From assembly GCF_009914755.1 (NCBI RefSeq), contig NC_060928.1: a DNA stretch of 64,000 bases, one strand, 5' to 3'. The position numbers and the translations under genes are program-made. Under the pieces are notes generated by a model. The model did no database searches. It worked only from the letters and a program-made list of their open reading frames with translations, and was not told where the DNA came from. Below, one piece after another: positions 32,960 to 45,511 of the stretch. The DNA comes from the human T2T-CHM13v2.0 reference genome, Homo sapiens. The number at the start of each line of letters is the position of its first letter. Position 1 is the stretch's first letter.

Positions 32960-34931
32960 AAAGTTTTGGTTTTAGGTTTGTGGATGGGGATCTGTACCCT
33001 GAAGCAGCATTGACCCCAGGTTTTTCTGCCTCCCCAAACTGCTCATTTCACTGCACCCGGAGGAAGCGGCACTGTTAAATCAAGAAGTCAACATAATTTT
33101 AGCAACTGTTATCTCCGTATTATCTAGATGCCTAATATATATTTTTTAAATTGCACTGTTCAAACCCATTTAATTCAAGGTTCATTTTCCCCACTCATTT
33201 CCACTCAATTTAATGAGATTTTACTCAGTATTACATTAAGGCAAATCATCAGGGATCCAGGGATCTCTTTTCAAATATTTTCAGTGTCTTAAACAAAAAA
33301 GGCACTCTGTAAGTAAAAAATCACGAAGACATGAATGACTTCAAGATAAGGCATACTTCCAGTCATCCCATACATGAGAGCTTCTCACATATGAATCATT
33401 CATCTATTTGAAGTGAGTTTTCACACTTCGGGATAACCCAGTTGTTCTCAACCCTCATCATCATACTTGCAAAAAAGAAAGAGTTCAAAGGGCATTTATA
33501 GCAAGATTTTGCAGGTGTATGACCCCTGACCTCATAACGACTGAAGCAAAATTTCCAGGAGTTCGTCAGCCTTCATTTTAAGAAGTTACATGACTTGCCT
33601 GGGGTCACGTGGCTTGCTGGTGGCCTGAATGGTACTGACTGGACTTTTGCTGTGGTTTGTGAAACCTCAGGGGAAGGGCAGTGAGGATGTTTTGTGGTAG
33701 TTTCAGAGATTCACCTTCCCGGCAATAATGGTTCTCACTAGCACAGAACTGTGGGTTTGTGAGGTCTTTTTCTGGTTGAATTCTTCCAGGGTGACTGAGC
33801 TGTCGTCTGCCCTGGGGGCTACTCAGCAAGAAATGCATCTTCTCAATGGTTAATAATGTTCATTAAACTTCATCCTGCCCAGCTCTGACTCTGAACAGCA
33901 GCACTGGCTTTCGCTCTGACTTGCAAACCAATGCATCTGCTTCTCGCAGAAAATGTACTTAAACGCTGCATATATATCCTGAGAAATTGATGCTTTCCAG
34001 AATTCAGCCCGGACAAGAGCAGCCCTAGTTGGCCCTTTTCACCGTGTGTAGATGTGAAAGAGAGAAAATTCCTCTAGAGGGCGCTCGTAGATTCTTCATG
34101 AATGGAGTGCTGGTGAAATGCAGTTCTCCACAAATGGCGCAGACTGCACGGGAGCGAAAGGGGATTTATATAAATAGATGGATGTGGATATGCAATTTTT
34201 TTCATCTGCAAATAATGCCTCTTTGTTTTTCTTTCTGATCAGCATCAGTGAAAATCATGCACATGTGGGAAAGTGAAATATGGAGGATTTCTTTTTGTTT
34301 CCTTTGTGAATGAATAGTGAACCCTCACCTCTAGGGGAGTTTGCTGTAGTTCACTGCAGTGTCATATTTATAATTATCAGGAGAAGGAGGGAAATTAAAA
34401 GATTTGACTGCTTTACTCTTCAGCGGTTGAGCTGTCGGCCCTGGGGACATGCCGGGAACTTCATGTTCTGGCTGAGCTCTGTGGAAATCCTGGGGAATGG
34501 CTATTTGACCTCTCATTCAGCCACCTGAGGAAATCAGCTTTGGTTAGATCAGATGGACCATAATTGGCTTTGGAGTTGTTAAAGCACACTCTGGGTACAC
34601 ATTTCTCTATGTTTTGAAAAGCGTGTGTTTTCCTTGGATCAGATCAGCATGTAGGGGAGTCAATCACAGCTTGGGTGGGTGGTTGGACTAGAATGCTGTT
34701 TCCCAAGACCTGCTCTGCCTCTCAGCCTCCCCCAGTGACAGGGTGCCTGCCTGGCCCCGCTGGGCCCTTCTCTTCCTCCCCTTCCTCCCCTTCCTCCCCT
34801 TCCAGCCCAGGATTAGGGAGAGAGGGCTGAGTCTGCAACCTCAGCTTCCTGGGCTCAGGAGATCTTCCCACCTCAACCTCTCGAGTAGCTGGTATAATTT
34901 GCAAGGGAGGCATGGGTTTGGGTGATTTTAA

Positions 34932-35233
<302 letters not shown>

Positions 35234-35339
35234 TTAAGGGTTCTTTTCAACCCTTAGGTTCTATGACTCCATGAACGTGTGGATTCTGAAGTGAGAAGAA
35301 CATAAATATGAATCAGTGTGACTTCAGCCTTGTAAATGG

Positions 35340-35800
35340 TATAACTGCTTTCCCTGCCTCTAGTCATGCCCCTCCCCAGATCATTCGCCAGCACCAGGAT
35401 GATCCTTTACAAATGTGCATTGGATTATGGTTTTCTTTTCTGCTAAAAACTCTTCAGTGGCTCCACATTGCCCTTCATGAAAATGTCCAAACTCCTTAGC
35501 ACACACAACTTACAAGGCTTGTTACAGTCTGTCCTACAACCTCAGCCCTTCCTCCTGGATGACAGGCAGCTCTCCAATGCACACACTCTGTCTCTCTCAT
35601 TTCCAGGCCCATGCTGCCCCTTATGCCTAGAACACAGCCTCTGGGCTGACTTGCACACTCCTTGCCTGGCTGATGTTTTTCATCCTTTAGGTCTCGGCAT
35701 AGGTGCTTCTTCCTCTGAGAAGCCTTACCCAACTCTTAAAGACTGAACGAGGTGCCCCTTCTTATGTTATCTTAGCATTCTGTTCTATCCTTAGCCCTGG
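35340..35800 (+). mobile_element. L2
   Basis: GATCCTTTACAAATG...CTGCTAAAAACTCTTCAGTGGCTCCACATTGCC...AAATGTCCAAACTCCTTAGC. Confidence 0.7.
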
Positions 35801-35946
35801 AGACACAGAGTTTGTTCTTAGAAGCTGAAAGGCGTCCACGAGGATGTCTGGTAGTGCTGTCTGAATGTTCAAGTCCATTGAGAACGAAGTTCAGAAAGTT
35901 TTTAATCTACCTGAGAACCCAAACTGCCCATCCGGACGCTCAACCT

Positions 35947-36314
35947 TGTTAAATCAAGTTTAGTCTAAAGCTGCCTCCTTACATATTTTAAGTTAGGTCT
36001 AAAGGTTTCTCTGTACATTATGAACTGTAACAAGTGAAAGTGTAAACAGACCAGAGCCTACACATGTGCCAATCACCCGAGTTTTGGCCAGTCAAATGTA
36101 GCTAACTGTTTGAACCTGTTCAAATAAGGCAAATACTGAGCTGTAACCAATCCGGCTGTTTCTGTTCCTCACTTCCGTTTTCTGTACATCACTTTCCTTT
36201 TTCTGTCCATAAATCTTCTCCAACATGTGGCTGTGCTGGAGTCTCTGAGCCTAATTGTTCATTGCTCAATTAAACTCCTTTAAATTTAATTCCACTGAAG
36301 TTTTTCTTTTATCA
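35947..36314 (+). mobile_element. MER51-type ERV1 LTR
   Basis: TGTTAAATCAAGTTTAGTCTAAAGCTGCCTCCTTACATATTTTAAG...TTTTCTTTTATCA. Confidence 0.8.
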
Positions 36315-36337
36315 GGCAGAACACCAATCCTGGAACC

Positions 36338-36727
36338 TATTAAATTATCCTAAATTTGGCCTAAGACCACCTCCCATACCTTGAGTATCACTAAGTAATA
36401 AACTGCAACCTAACTTAGTATGTAAACAAATGAAAATCCAATGAGGAGTATATTTTATAGCAAATAGCTGGGTGTCCAGCTTCTGCCAATCACAGGCTGC
36501 CATCTGAAAGACCACGTCCAAATTAAGCAAACGCCAGGATGTAACCAATCCAGCTGTTTGTGTACCTCACTTCCATTTTTCTGTCTATAAATATTCCCTG
36601 CAAAGTGCCCGCTTTGCAGAGGGGGGCTCTCCTAACCTCTTCTGCTTCTGAGGACTGCATGATTTGCGAATCCTTTGCTCAAATAAACTCTATTAAATTT
36701 AATCTGTTTAAAGTTTTTCTTTTAATA
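36338..36727 (+). mobile_element. MER57/MER51-group ERV1 LTR
   Basis: TATTAAATT...TTTGGCCTAAG...GCTCAAATAAACTCTATTAAATTTAAT...TTTTAATA; TSD AACC/ATCC. Confidence 0.7.
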
Positions 36728-36734
36728 ATCCTCT

Positions 36735-37052
36735 TCTCTTCTTTTCTTCTCTTTTTTCTAGACAGAGTCTTGCTTTGCTGCCCAGGCTGGAGTGCAGTGG
36801 TGCTGGCATGCTCTAGCTCACTGCAACTGCAACCTCCGCCTCCCAGGTTCAAGCGATTCTTGTGCCTCGGCCTCCTGAGTAGCTGGGATTACAGGCAGCA
36901 CCACCAGGCCTGGCTAATTTTTGTGATTTTTAGTAGAGATGGGGGTTTCACCATGTTGGCCAGGCTGGTCTTGAACCCCTGACCCCAAGTAATCTGCCTG
37001 CCTCAGCCTCCCTAAGTGCTGGGATTAGAGGCATGAGCCACTGCACCCAGCC
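36735..37052 (-). mobile_element. AluS
   Basis: Full dimer with a degenerate CT-rich tail. Confidence 0.9.
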
Positions 37053-37303
37053 ATACAATCCACAGCTTTCTGTCTACATTAGCAGAACTTTGCACCACTC
37101 TTCTGTCTTCATTAGCATGACTTTATTTTCCCAGAACCTGCCTATCGAGGCAAATGGATTGATTGTTCGTTACAGGAACTTGCAAAAGACTCTTCCAAAC
37201 TCTTCAGTGGAAAGCATCAACAGATAATTTGTGCCCTAAATCTCTGAATCCTTTGCTTCCAAATTCTTGCCTTGCTGTTTCCACCAATTCTGGACTGTTC
37301 TAT

Positions 37304-38043
<740 letters not shown>

Positions 38044-38102
38044 GTCCCCCCTCTCAACAGGAAAACCCACATACTATTGGGGATGTTAGCCAACGACTGC
38101 TC

Positions 38103-38362
38103 TTAACTGCTTCCTGCTGAATTGGGGCTTAGTAGGGGTCGTGCAGTTGAGATTTCCTCGGAAGGTGTGCCTTTGATGTCATCAACATCGGAGCATGGGC
38201 TAACAGGCCGGTCTAGGGCTCTGTGGTAGATCTTAGTCATGGACTGCATCTGGGGCTCCATATGAGGAACCATTTGCAGTTTTACAGCTTTGAGTCTGGA
38301 AGAGACAAACAACAGGAGGTTAAAGATACAGGGATTGAAATGTATGGCTTGAAGTGCAGGGG
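38103..38362 (-). pseudogene. HERV-W env remnant (36-nt SU island plus cytoplasmic tail)
   Basis: PLHFKPYISIPV, then FVSSRLKAVKLQMVPHMEPQMQSMTKIY...PNSAGSS, homologous to the syncytin-1/MSRV Env C-terminus. Confidence 0.9.
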
Positions 38363-40507
38363 ATTATTTCTTTGGCACATTTCACAGGCCCTGACTATCT
38401 GCTTGATAGTTTTGAAAAGGCCTGGTCCAGTAAATAATAAATTGGCCATCTGATAGATGCTATCCATGCCCAAGTGAAAGGTTTGGTGAAGGGTTTTAAG
38501 TAATTTCCATTGATTAGCTGCAGGCAAAAGTATTTTCCCTTTTTCGGTGGCTAGCCATCCTGAGGGGAGGAAACTATGTCCTCGTGTCTATTTCTCCTGC
38601 TGAGTACTGGGGCTTGGTTTCCCGGAGGGGATTACCCCATACTAGGGATCCTTCTATAAGCATTTCTAATGGAGGGCCTGCCTTGTGGCTCTTTTGGCTT
38701 CAATATCCACTTGGTGGTTCCTTTCTATTTCCTTTTCCTTTCCTTTCTGATGACCCCAGCAGTGTAAGACTGCCACCTCATTAGGTTTCTGTACAGCCAA
38801 TAATAATCTCCTAATGGCTTCCTGATGTTTGATCGGTGTTCCCTCAGAAGTTAGGAATTTCCTATCTCTCCATATTGCTGTGTGGGCGTGGAGGACTGGG
38901 TAAGCATACTTAGAGTCTGCATATATATTTACCCTTTTTCCTTCTCCTAATTCTAGTGCCTGAGTGAGGGCTATTAGTTCTGCCAGCTGAGCACTAGTTC
39001 CTGGAGTGAAGGAATTACTTTCAAGTATTCCATTATCACTGACCACTGCATACCCCACCTTTCAAAGTCCTTTTTCTACAAAGGAGCTTCCATCAGTATA
39101 CAAGTTGAGGTTGGGATCAGTCAAGGGAACCTCTAGAAGGTCCCCTCGAGCGCCGTAGGTTTGAGCAATCACCTGTTGACAGTTATGTTCTATCTTTTCT
39201 TCATTGTCTGAAAGAAATGTGGCTGGGTTAAGAGTTGAACAAGTGGGCAGTCGCAGCACTGGCCCTTCAAGTAATAGAGCCTGATATTTAAGTAAACGGT
39301 TGTCTGACAGCCACAAGTCTCCTTTAGAAGTGAGTACGCCGTTTACATCATGAGATGTCCACACAGTAAGATCTCTTCCCTGTATTATTTTAACTGCTTC
39401 AGATACTAAGACTGCTACTGCCGCCACTACCTGTAAACAATGAGGTCAACCCTTTGCAACTACATCAATTTCCTTACTCAGGTATGCCACAGGTTGCAAG
39501 CTCATCCCTTGGACCTGTCTAAGGACTCCTAGAGCTATTCCTGTTTTTTCTGTGACATATAAAGAAAAGTCTTCCCCGTTGGCAAGCTTAACACTGGGGC
39601 TTGGGTTAGGGCCTTCTTTAGGGCCTGGAAAGCTGCTTCTGCTTCAGGTGTCCATCTTAATAAATGGGTGTTGGCTTTCTGAGTTTCCTTAATTAGGGTA
39701 TATAATGGCCTGGCTATTTCACCGTACCTGGGAATCCACATTTGGCAGAAACCTGTTATGCCAAGGAACCCTCTTAGTTGCTTTAGGGTTTTGGGATGAG
39801 GATAAGCCAATACAGGCTGGATACATTCCTCACTGAGGGCCCTGGTGCCTTTGGATAATTTTAGCCCTAAGTATTTAACCTGCTGTGAGCAGAGCTGAGC
39901 CTTTGGTTTGGAAACCTTGTAGCCACAGGTGGCGAGGAAATTTAAGAGCACTTGGGTGGCTTGATGGCACAAGGTTTCTGAACGGGCAGCTAAAAATAAA
40001 TCATCCATGTACCAGAGGACAAGAGTGTCCAGGTAGGAGAACTGGCTCGGCTAATGCTTGGCCAACTAGATGGGGGCTATCCCTGAACCCTTGGGGTAAA
40101 ACAGTCAAGCTGAGTTGAGACATTGGGTTCGAAGGATCTCCAAAGGCAAACAAGAATTGAGAGTCAGGATGTACAGGGATGCAGAAAAAGCCATCCTTAA
40201 GGTCCAGGACTGTAAACCACTCTGCTTCTTCTGGTATTTGGGAAAGCAGAGTATAAGGGTTAGGAACAACAGCCTCATTGATAATCCTGAGATCTTGCAC
40301 TAACCTCCACTGTCTGTTGGTTTTCTGTACTCCTAAAATTGGAGTATTGCAGGGGCTACTGCATGGTTTTGCTAGGCTTTGAGCTTTTAGGTCCTTAACA
40401 ATCTTTTGGAGTCCTTGTTGGGCCTCGGGTCTAAGGGGGTACTGCCTTTGGTAGGGAAAGGAGGCATAATCCTTTAGTTTAACTTGAACAGGACAGGCAT
40501 TTGTTGC
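38363..40507 (-). pseudogene. HERV-W pol (RT, RNase H, start of integrase zinc finger), disrupted
   Basis: QDLR, TVLDLKDGFF, LPQGFRDSP, YMDD (40000-40011), LRGFLGITG, YTDGSS, SAQLAELIAL, H...H...CEMC; multiple stops and frameshifts. Confidence 0.93.
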
Positions 40508-40924
40508 TCATCTGTATTGTCCTTCTGTTGTCCAGACTTCAGGATTAATTCCTTCTTCAAGCAGGGGACAACAAACAGGTGTTCCTTCTCCTATGTTCAG
40601 GTGTATAATGGCCCCTGCTTTTGCTAGAATGTCTTTCCCTAACAAAGGAGTGGGGCTTTCAGGCATAATTAGAAAAACATGTGAAAAGAGTAGAGTTCCC
40701 CAGTCACAACTTAGTGGCTGGGAGAAGTATCTAGTGGCTGGCTGTCGTAGAAACCCTCGGATAGTGACAGATCTGGAGGACAGTTGTCCGGGACAGGAGA
40801 GTAAGACTGAGAAGGCCACGCCAGTGTCCAGGAGATAGTTAACCTCCTGACCCTCAATGGTCAAGCATACCCAGGGCTCTGTGAGGGTGATGGCATAGGC
40901 TGGCGCTTGCCCTGGGCACCCTGA
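40508..40924 (-). pseudogene. HERV-W protease
   Basis: LLDTGVAFSVL...PTPLLGKDIL aspartyl-protease motifs. Confidence 0.9.
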
Positions 40925-41940
40925 GTCCTGGGGCTGAATCATCTGGTTAGTGGCTTCTGACTCAGAGGACCTTCATCCCCTGGGGCAGTAGGCCTTCCAG
41001 TGATTCCCTTGACATAAGGAGCATGGACGAGGGGGTGGCTTATTTCTATTTGGACAATCTTTTTTAAAGTGTCCTTGTAGACCACACTGGAAGCAAGTCT
41101 TATTAGGCATTCGATTTGCCCAGCTTTTCCCTTTTCCAGAGTGTCCAAAGTCTGCTTGCCTGAGGGCCATGACTAAAGTGGTGGCCTTTTTTTAAAATCT
41201 CATTTGTCCATTCCACCTGATCCTCCTGATCTCTATCATAAAAAACTGAGGTTGCCAAGTTCAATAGGGTTTCTAAGTTTTGCTCCCGGCCTAACGCAGA
41301 CTTTTGAAGTTTTTTTCTAATGTCTGCAGCTGACTGAGTGGAAAACTTATCCTTTAAGATTAGTTGGCCTTCAATAGAGTCAGGTGACAGAGAGGTATGC
41401 TTTCTCAATGCCTCCCTTAGTCTCTCCAGAAAGGCAGTAGGATTTTCTTCCTTTCCCTGTGTTATAGTGGACATCATTGAATAATTCATAGGCTTCTTCC
41501 TAGTTTTCCTTAGTGCTTCTAGCGCGCAAGTTAGTAAATGTCCGCGGCACCAATCTCCATGTTCTGATTCTGTGTCCCAATGAAGGTCTACGCTGGGAAC
41601 TGCCTGCTGGCCTGTGGGGAATTGTTTTCTTTCTTCTGTTGTCATCCTATCATTGACCTGACTGAGATACCAGAGATCATCAAACTCTCTGGCTGCAGTT
41701 ATGGTGGCACTTCTTTCATTTGGGATTAGTGTCTGATCTAGCAGTAACAGTATATCTCTCCATGTTAGATCAAAGGATTGTCCTAACCCTTGTAAAGCAT
41801 CAATATAGCCATCAGGGCTATCTGATAATTTACCTCGGTTTGCTTCAAGTCTGACAGGGAAAAAAGATACATACACTCTGGGCCGAATTCTCCAGAATAT
41901 ATCTTATGGGCGTTTTTGCCTTGGGGGGAATGTTTCCCAT
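40925..41940 (-). pseudogene. HERV-W gag, matrix deleted, frameshifted
   Basis: MGNIPPKAKTP start at 41940; MHR QGKEENPTAFLERL; CCHC knuckles CFQCGLQGHFKKDC and CSLCQGNHWKAYC. Confidence 0.92.
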
Positions 41941-42396
41941 CTGAAAAAAAAACATAGGGATGCCAGCACCCCTAGTCATTTTCCAATGAGCATTAGTCTT
42001 AGAGTGTCCTCTGTGGTCCTAATGCTTATTCCTTTCCAGGGTGCGTAACCACCCATGGACTTCTGCTTATCAGATTAGTTACGCTCACTGATGTAGCAGT
42101 CCTGCACCCCTTTTCCCGCCTTTCTTGATCACAAAGAAAGGGGTCTGGGCTGCTGGATTCTAGTGGTCCTTTACTGGTGTGCCTAACATTGCCTTTGCAC
42201 TCAGAGGTGAGTTCCTTTCCAGGGTGCTTAACCACTCATGGAACTCTGCTTATCGGATTTGTTATGCTCTCTGATGTAGCAGTCCTGCACCTGTTTTCCC
42301 GCCTTTCTTGACCACAAAGAAAGGGGTCCAGGCTCCTGGATTCTAGTGGTCCTTTACCAGCATGGCCAACATTGCCTTTGCGCTCAGAGGTGAATT

Positions 42397-42714
42397 CTAG
42401 ACCTGGGCTGGGTTCCTGAGTATTTCATAACAACCCAGCTGCCCCATCAAGATGCATTCCCATAAACAACAGTTCTTATGCAAATTCATGTCAGAGATGG
42501 TGTAGGTAACATTTTGAGTCAGGATTGAGATAGAGTCTTTTTGATTCTGTAAGTACTTTAAGGCTTGGCTGAGTGCAAACAGCTCGCACATTTGAGCTGA
42601 CCAATTATTAGGCAATTTTCCTAACTCTGCTTCCACAAGAGTCTCCCTATCAATTACTGAACACCCATTGTGGTTTTTCACCCCCTCAATCACCCAGGAG
42701 GAACCATCTATCAT
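42397..42714 (-). pseudogene. HERV-W leader pre-gag ORF with RNase H-like sequence
   Basis: IDGSSWVIEG...NGCSVID...LPNNWSAQMCELFALSQALKYL matches the retroviral RNase H DGSS...SAQ.AEL.AL..AL pattern. Confidence 0.75.
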
Positions 42715-44010
42715 CCTGTCCTAAAGGGAGTTCCTGCTGGGTCTGGTCGGACCTTTGTATGGTAATGAAGATTTAAATCCCATTAGGAAACCTGCTGGGT
42801 TAAGGGAATTTTCAGTGGTTAATGTTAAATCACCTTTTTCTAACAGAATAACCCCATACTTTAAGATTTTTGAGTTAGTAAGCTACCTTTTTGCTTTTTT
42901 GACTTAGAATAATTCTGAACTGGTGAGGTGTGCTCACAATGAGGTTTTCTCTAAAAGTTACTTTTCTACTTTCTTCTGTTAGCAAAGCAGTTGCTGCTAC
43001 AGATTGAATGCATTTGGGCCATCCATGGGTTCCTGGGTTAAGGATTTTTGATAGGAAGGCTATGGGTTGTCAGTGGTCTCAGTGTTTTCGGGCTACACCC
43101 TTGTTTACACTGAAAACAAGGTGGTATTGGAGTGTTATAGGGTCATGGAGAAGACCTTCAATTATCAATTATAGGTTTTAAATTTACCCTGGCTTTTAAA
43201 GGAATGGGGCATACTTTTTTTCTTTACTAGTTCTATCTTTCTCTTTCTATCTCTCTTTGACTCCCTCTTTGTCTCTCTCTCTTTCTCTCCCCTCTGCCTC
43301 TCTCTCTCTTTCTCTCTTTTTTCTTCTAGCCCTTTGAAAACTTGGGGCCCTGGCAAGGGTGGTAGGGAATGGGTCCCACATAACTGTCCATGTTGAGAGC
43401 TGTATGCCTAAATGGGGAGAGATAACAGGGAGAAGACTCTCTGGGTTCATAGCCTAGGGGCCTAAGGACACAGCATAGATCCCTTCCTTAGATCCCTCTG
43501 GAGATACAACTTGCTAGAGGAAATGAAAGTCTGAACCATTAGTACCTAGGAAGCAGGGATGAGAAGAAGTAGATTTAGAGGTAAAGAGAATTTAGGGGCT
43601 ACACTTTCAAGAAAGTCATGGTTGGGACCCGGGAGGTATGGGTTAGAAGGAAAGGTAGGGGTGCACGCATGGGTGACTGTTGAGTAGAGACTTCTGGCTG
43701 CGCCACGATCTCAACTGTCTAATGCCAGGAGTTCGGGATGACAGCTTTCTGCCTCTAGTCAGCCCTTGGATTCCCCAGGAAAATTGAAAGTGGAAGCTGG
43801 TTCCAGGCAGACCAAAGCTCCCAACCCGGAAGGGTTGGGGGTTGTTAGAAAGTCCTTTCCCAGACAGCCTCACACCAGAGTCTTAAGTCTGGCGGCCACG
43901 CTAATCGTTCTTAACTGGCCGACAGGTGCCCGGTATTTTCCTCCAATTCTAAGGAAGGTTAGGACAGAATAGCAAGCGAAAGTGGTTCAATATTACTCAC
44001 TGCTTTGGAG

Positions 44011-44028
44011 GTCCCTTCGTGGTCACCA
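44011..44028 (-). promoter_or_regulatory. Primer binding site (tRNA-Arg type)
   Basis: TGGTGACCACGAAGGGAC, 3 nt downstream of the 5' LTR. Confidence 0.85.
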
Positions 44029-44031
44029 AAA

Positions 44032-44790
44032 TGTTACTGGGGGGTCCTTGTTCTTAGAGCTCCCAAAATGGTGGCGGGCTGCTTCCAAGATGGTGGCAAG
44101 CTTCTTGTTCTCTGACCGGGGGTTCTTGGCCTCACAGATTCCAAGGAATGGAATGTTGGGCCATGCAGTGAGTGTTATAGCTCTATTAGAAGCTGTGGGT
44201 CACGGAAGAGAACTGTGGAACCCAGCGACTAGTGTTCAGCTCAATTAGCACGAACCCGGGCACTTAGCCATGCAGGAACAATGGCAAGCCTTTAGCCTGA
44301 TTGGGAGCAGCAGTGGGTGCCTGGCTGGATCAGGAGCGCAGCAGACACCCTGCCAGATCCGCAGGGGTGGGAGTCAGCAAGGGGTCTGCGACGGCAGCAA
44401 ACAGCAGTGGTGGACAGCCAGCAAAAGCTCAGCTCAAGCCATAACAAACACAGACCAGAAGAGTGTGCAGTTGCAAGATTTAATAGAGTGAAAACAGAGC
44501 TCCCATACAATGAGAGGAGACCCAAAGGGAGTTGCCGTTGCCAGCTCGAATTCCTGGGTTTATATCCCAATCATTGTCCCTCCCCGTGTGGTGTCAGGCA
44601 ATAGATGATTGGCTATTTCTTTACCTCCTGTTTTTGCCTAATTAGCATTTTAGTGAGCTCTCTTTACTACCTGATTGGTCAGGTGTGAGCTAAGTTGCAA
44701 GCCCGTGTTTAAAGGTGGATGCGATCACCTTCCCAGCTAGGCTTAGGGATTCTTAGTTGGCCTAGGAAATCTAACTAGTCCTGTTTCTCA
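44032..44790 (-). repeat. LTR17 (5' LTR)
   Basis: Direct repeat of 37304-38043; about 13 substitutions in the ~195 nt compared by eye. Confidence 0.95.
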
Positions 44791-44965
44791 GTATCATGAT
44801 ACTTACCCAAATTTTTACCTATGTTACCGACCTTGGAGATACTGCTAAACTTTGCAAGGTGGCATTCTCCCTTAGCGTAAATTCAGCTTTGTCTAACAGG
44901 TTGTGTTAGTGATGTTGGGGAGCCGGCTTCTGACGCGCTCAGTAGTCAGGAGAGCCGGGTGCTTC

Positions 44966-45511
44966 TGTCAGAGGCGTTTGAACCAGAGCAACATCATCCT
45001 GAATAGGAGCTGGGTAAAATGGGGCTGAGACCTCCTGGGCTGCATTATCAGACGTTTAAGGCATTCTAAGTCACAGGATGAGATAGTGGTCAGCACAAGA
45101 TACAGGTCATAAAGACCTTGCTGTTAAAACAGGTTGCAGTAAAGAAGCTGGCCAAATCCCACCAAAATTAAGGTGGCCACAAGAGTGACCTCCGGTTGTC
45201 CTTATTGCTACACTCCCACCAGCACCACAATTTATAAATATCATGGCAATGTCAGGAAGTTACTCTATATGGTCTAAAAAGGGGAGACATAAATAATCCA
45301 CCCCTTGTTTAGCATATCATCAAGAAATAACCATAAAAATGGGCAACCAGTAGCCCTCAGGGCTGCTCTATGAGTAACCATTCTTTTATTCCTTTATTTT
45401 CCTAATAAACTTGCTTTCACTTTACTCTATGGACTCACTCTGAATTCTTTCTGGCATGAGATCCAAGAACCCTCTCTTTGGAGTCTGGATCTGGACCCCT
45501 TTCCTGTAACA
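44966..45511 (+). mobile_element. MER41A solo LTR
   Basis: TGTCAGAGGCGTTTGAACCAGAGCAAC...GGACCCCTTTCCTGTAACA; perfect TSD CTTC. Confidence 0.9.

Noticed and set aside
38103-38312. Syncytin-1 (ERVW-1) gene
   Set aside because: Only the C-terminal tail and a 36-nt SU island remain; this is a different, env-deleted HERV-W locus.
44966-45511. MER41 as an interferon-inducible enhancer
   Set aside because: This copy is MER41A-type and I see no tandem TTCNNNGAA sites of the MER41B kind.
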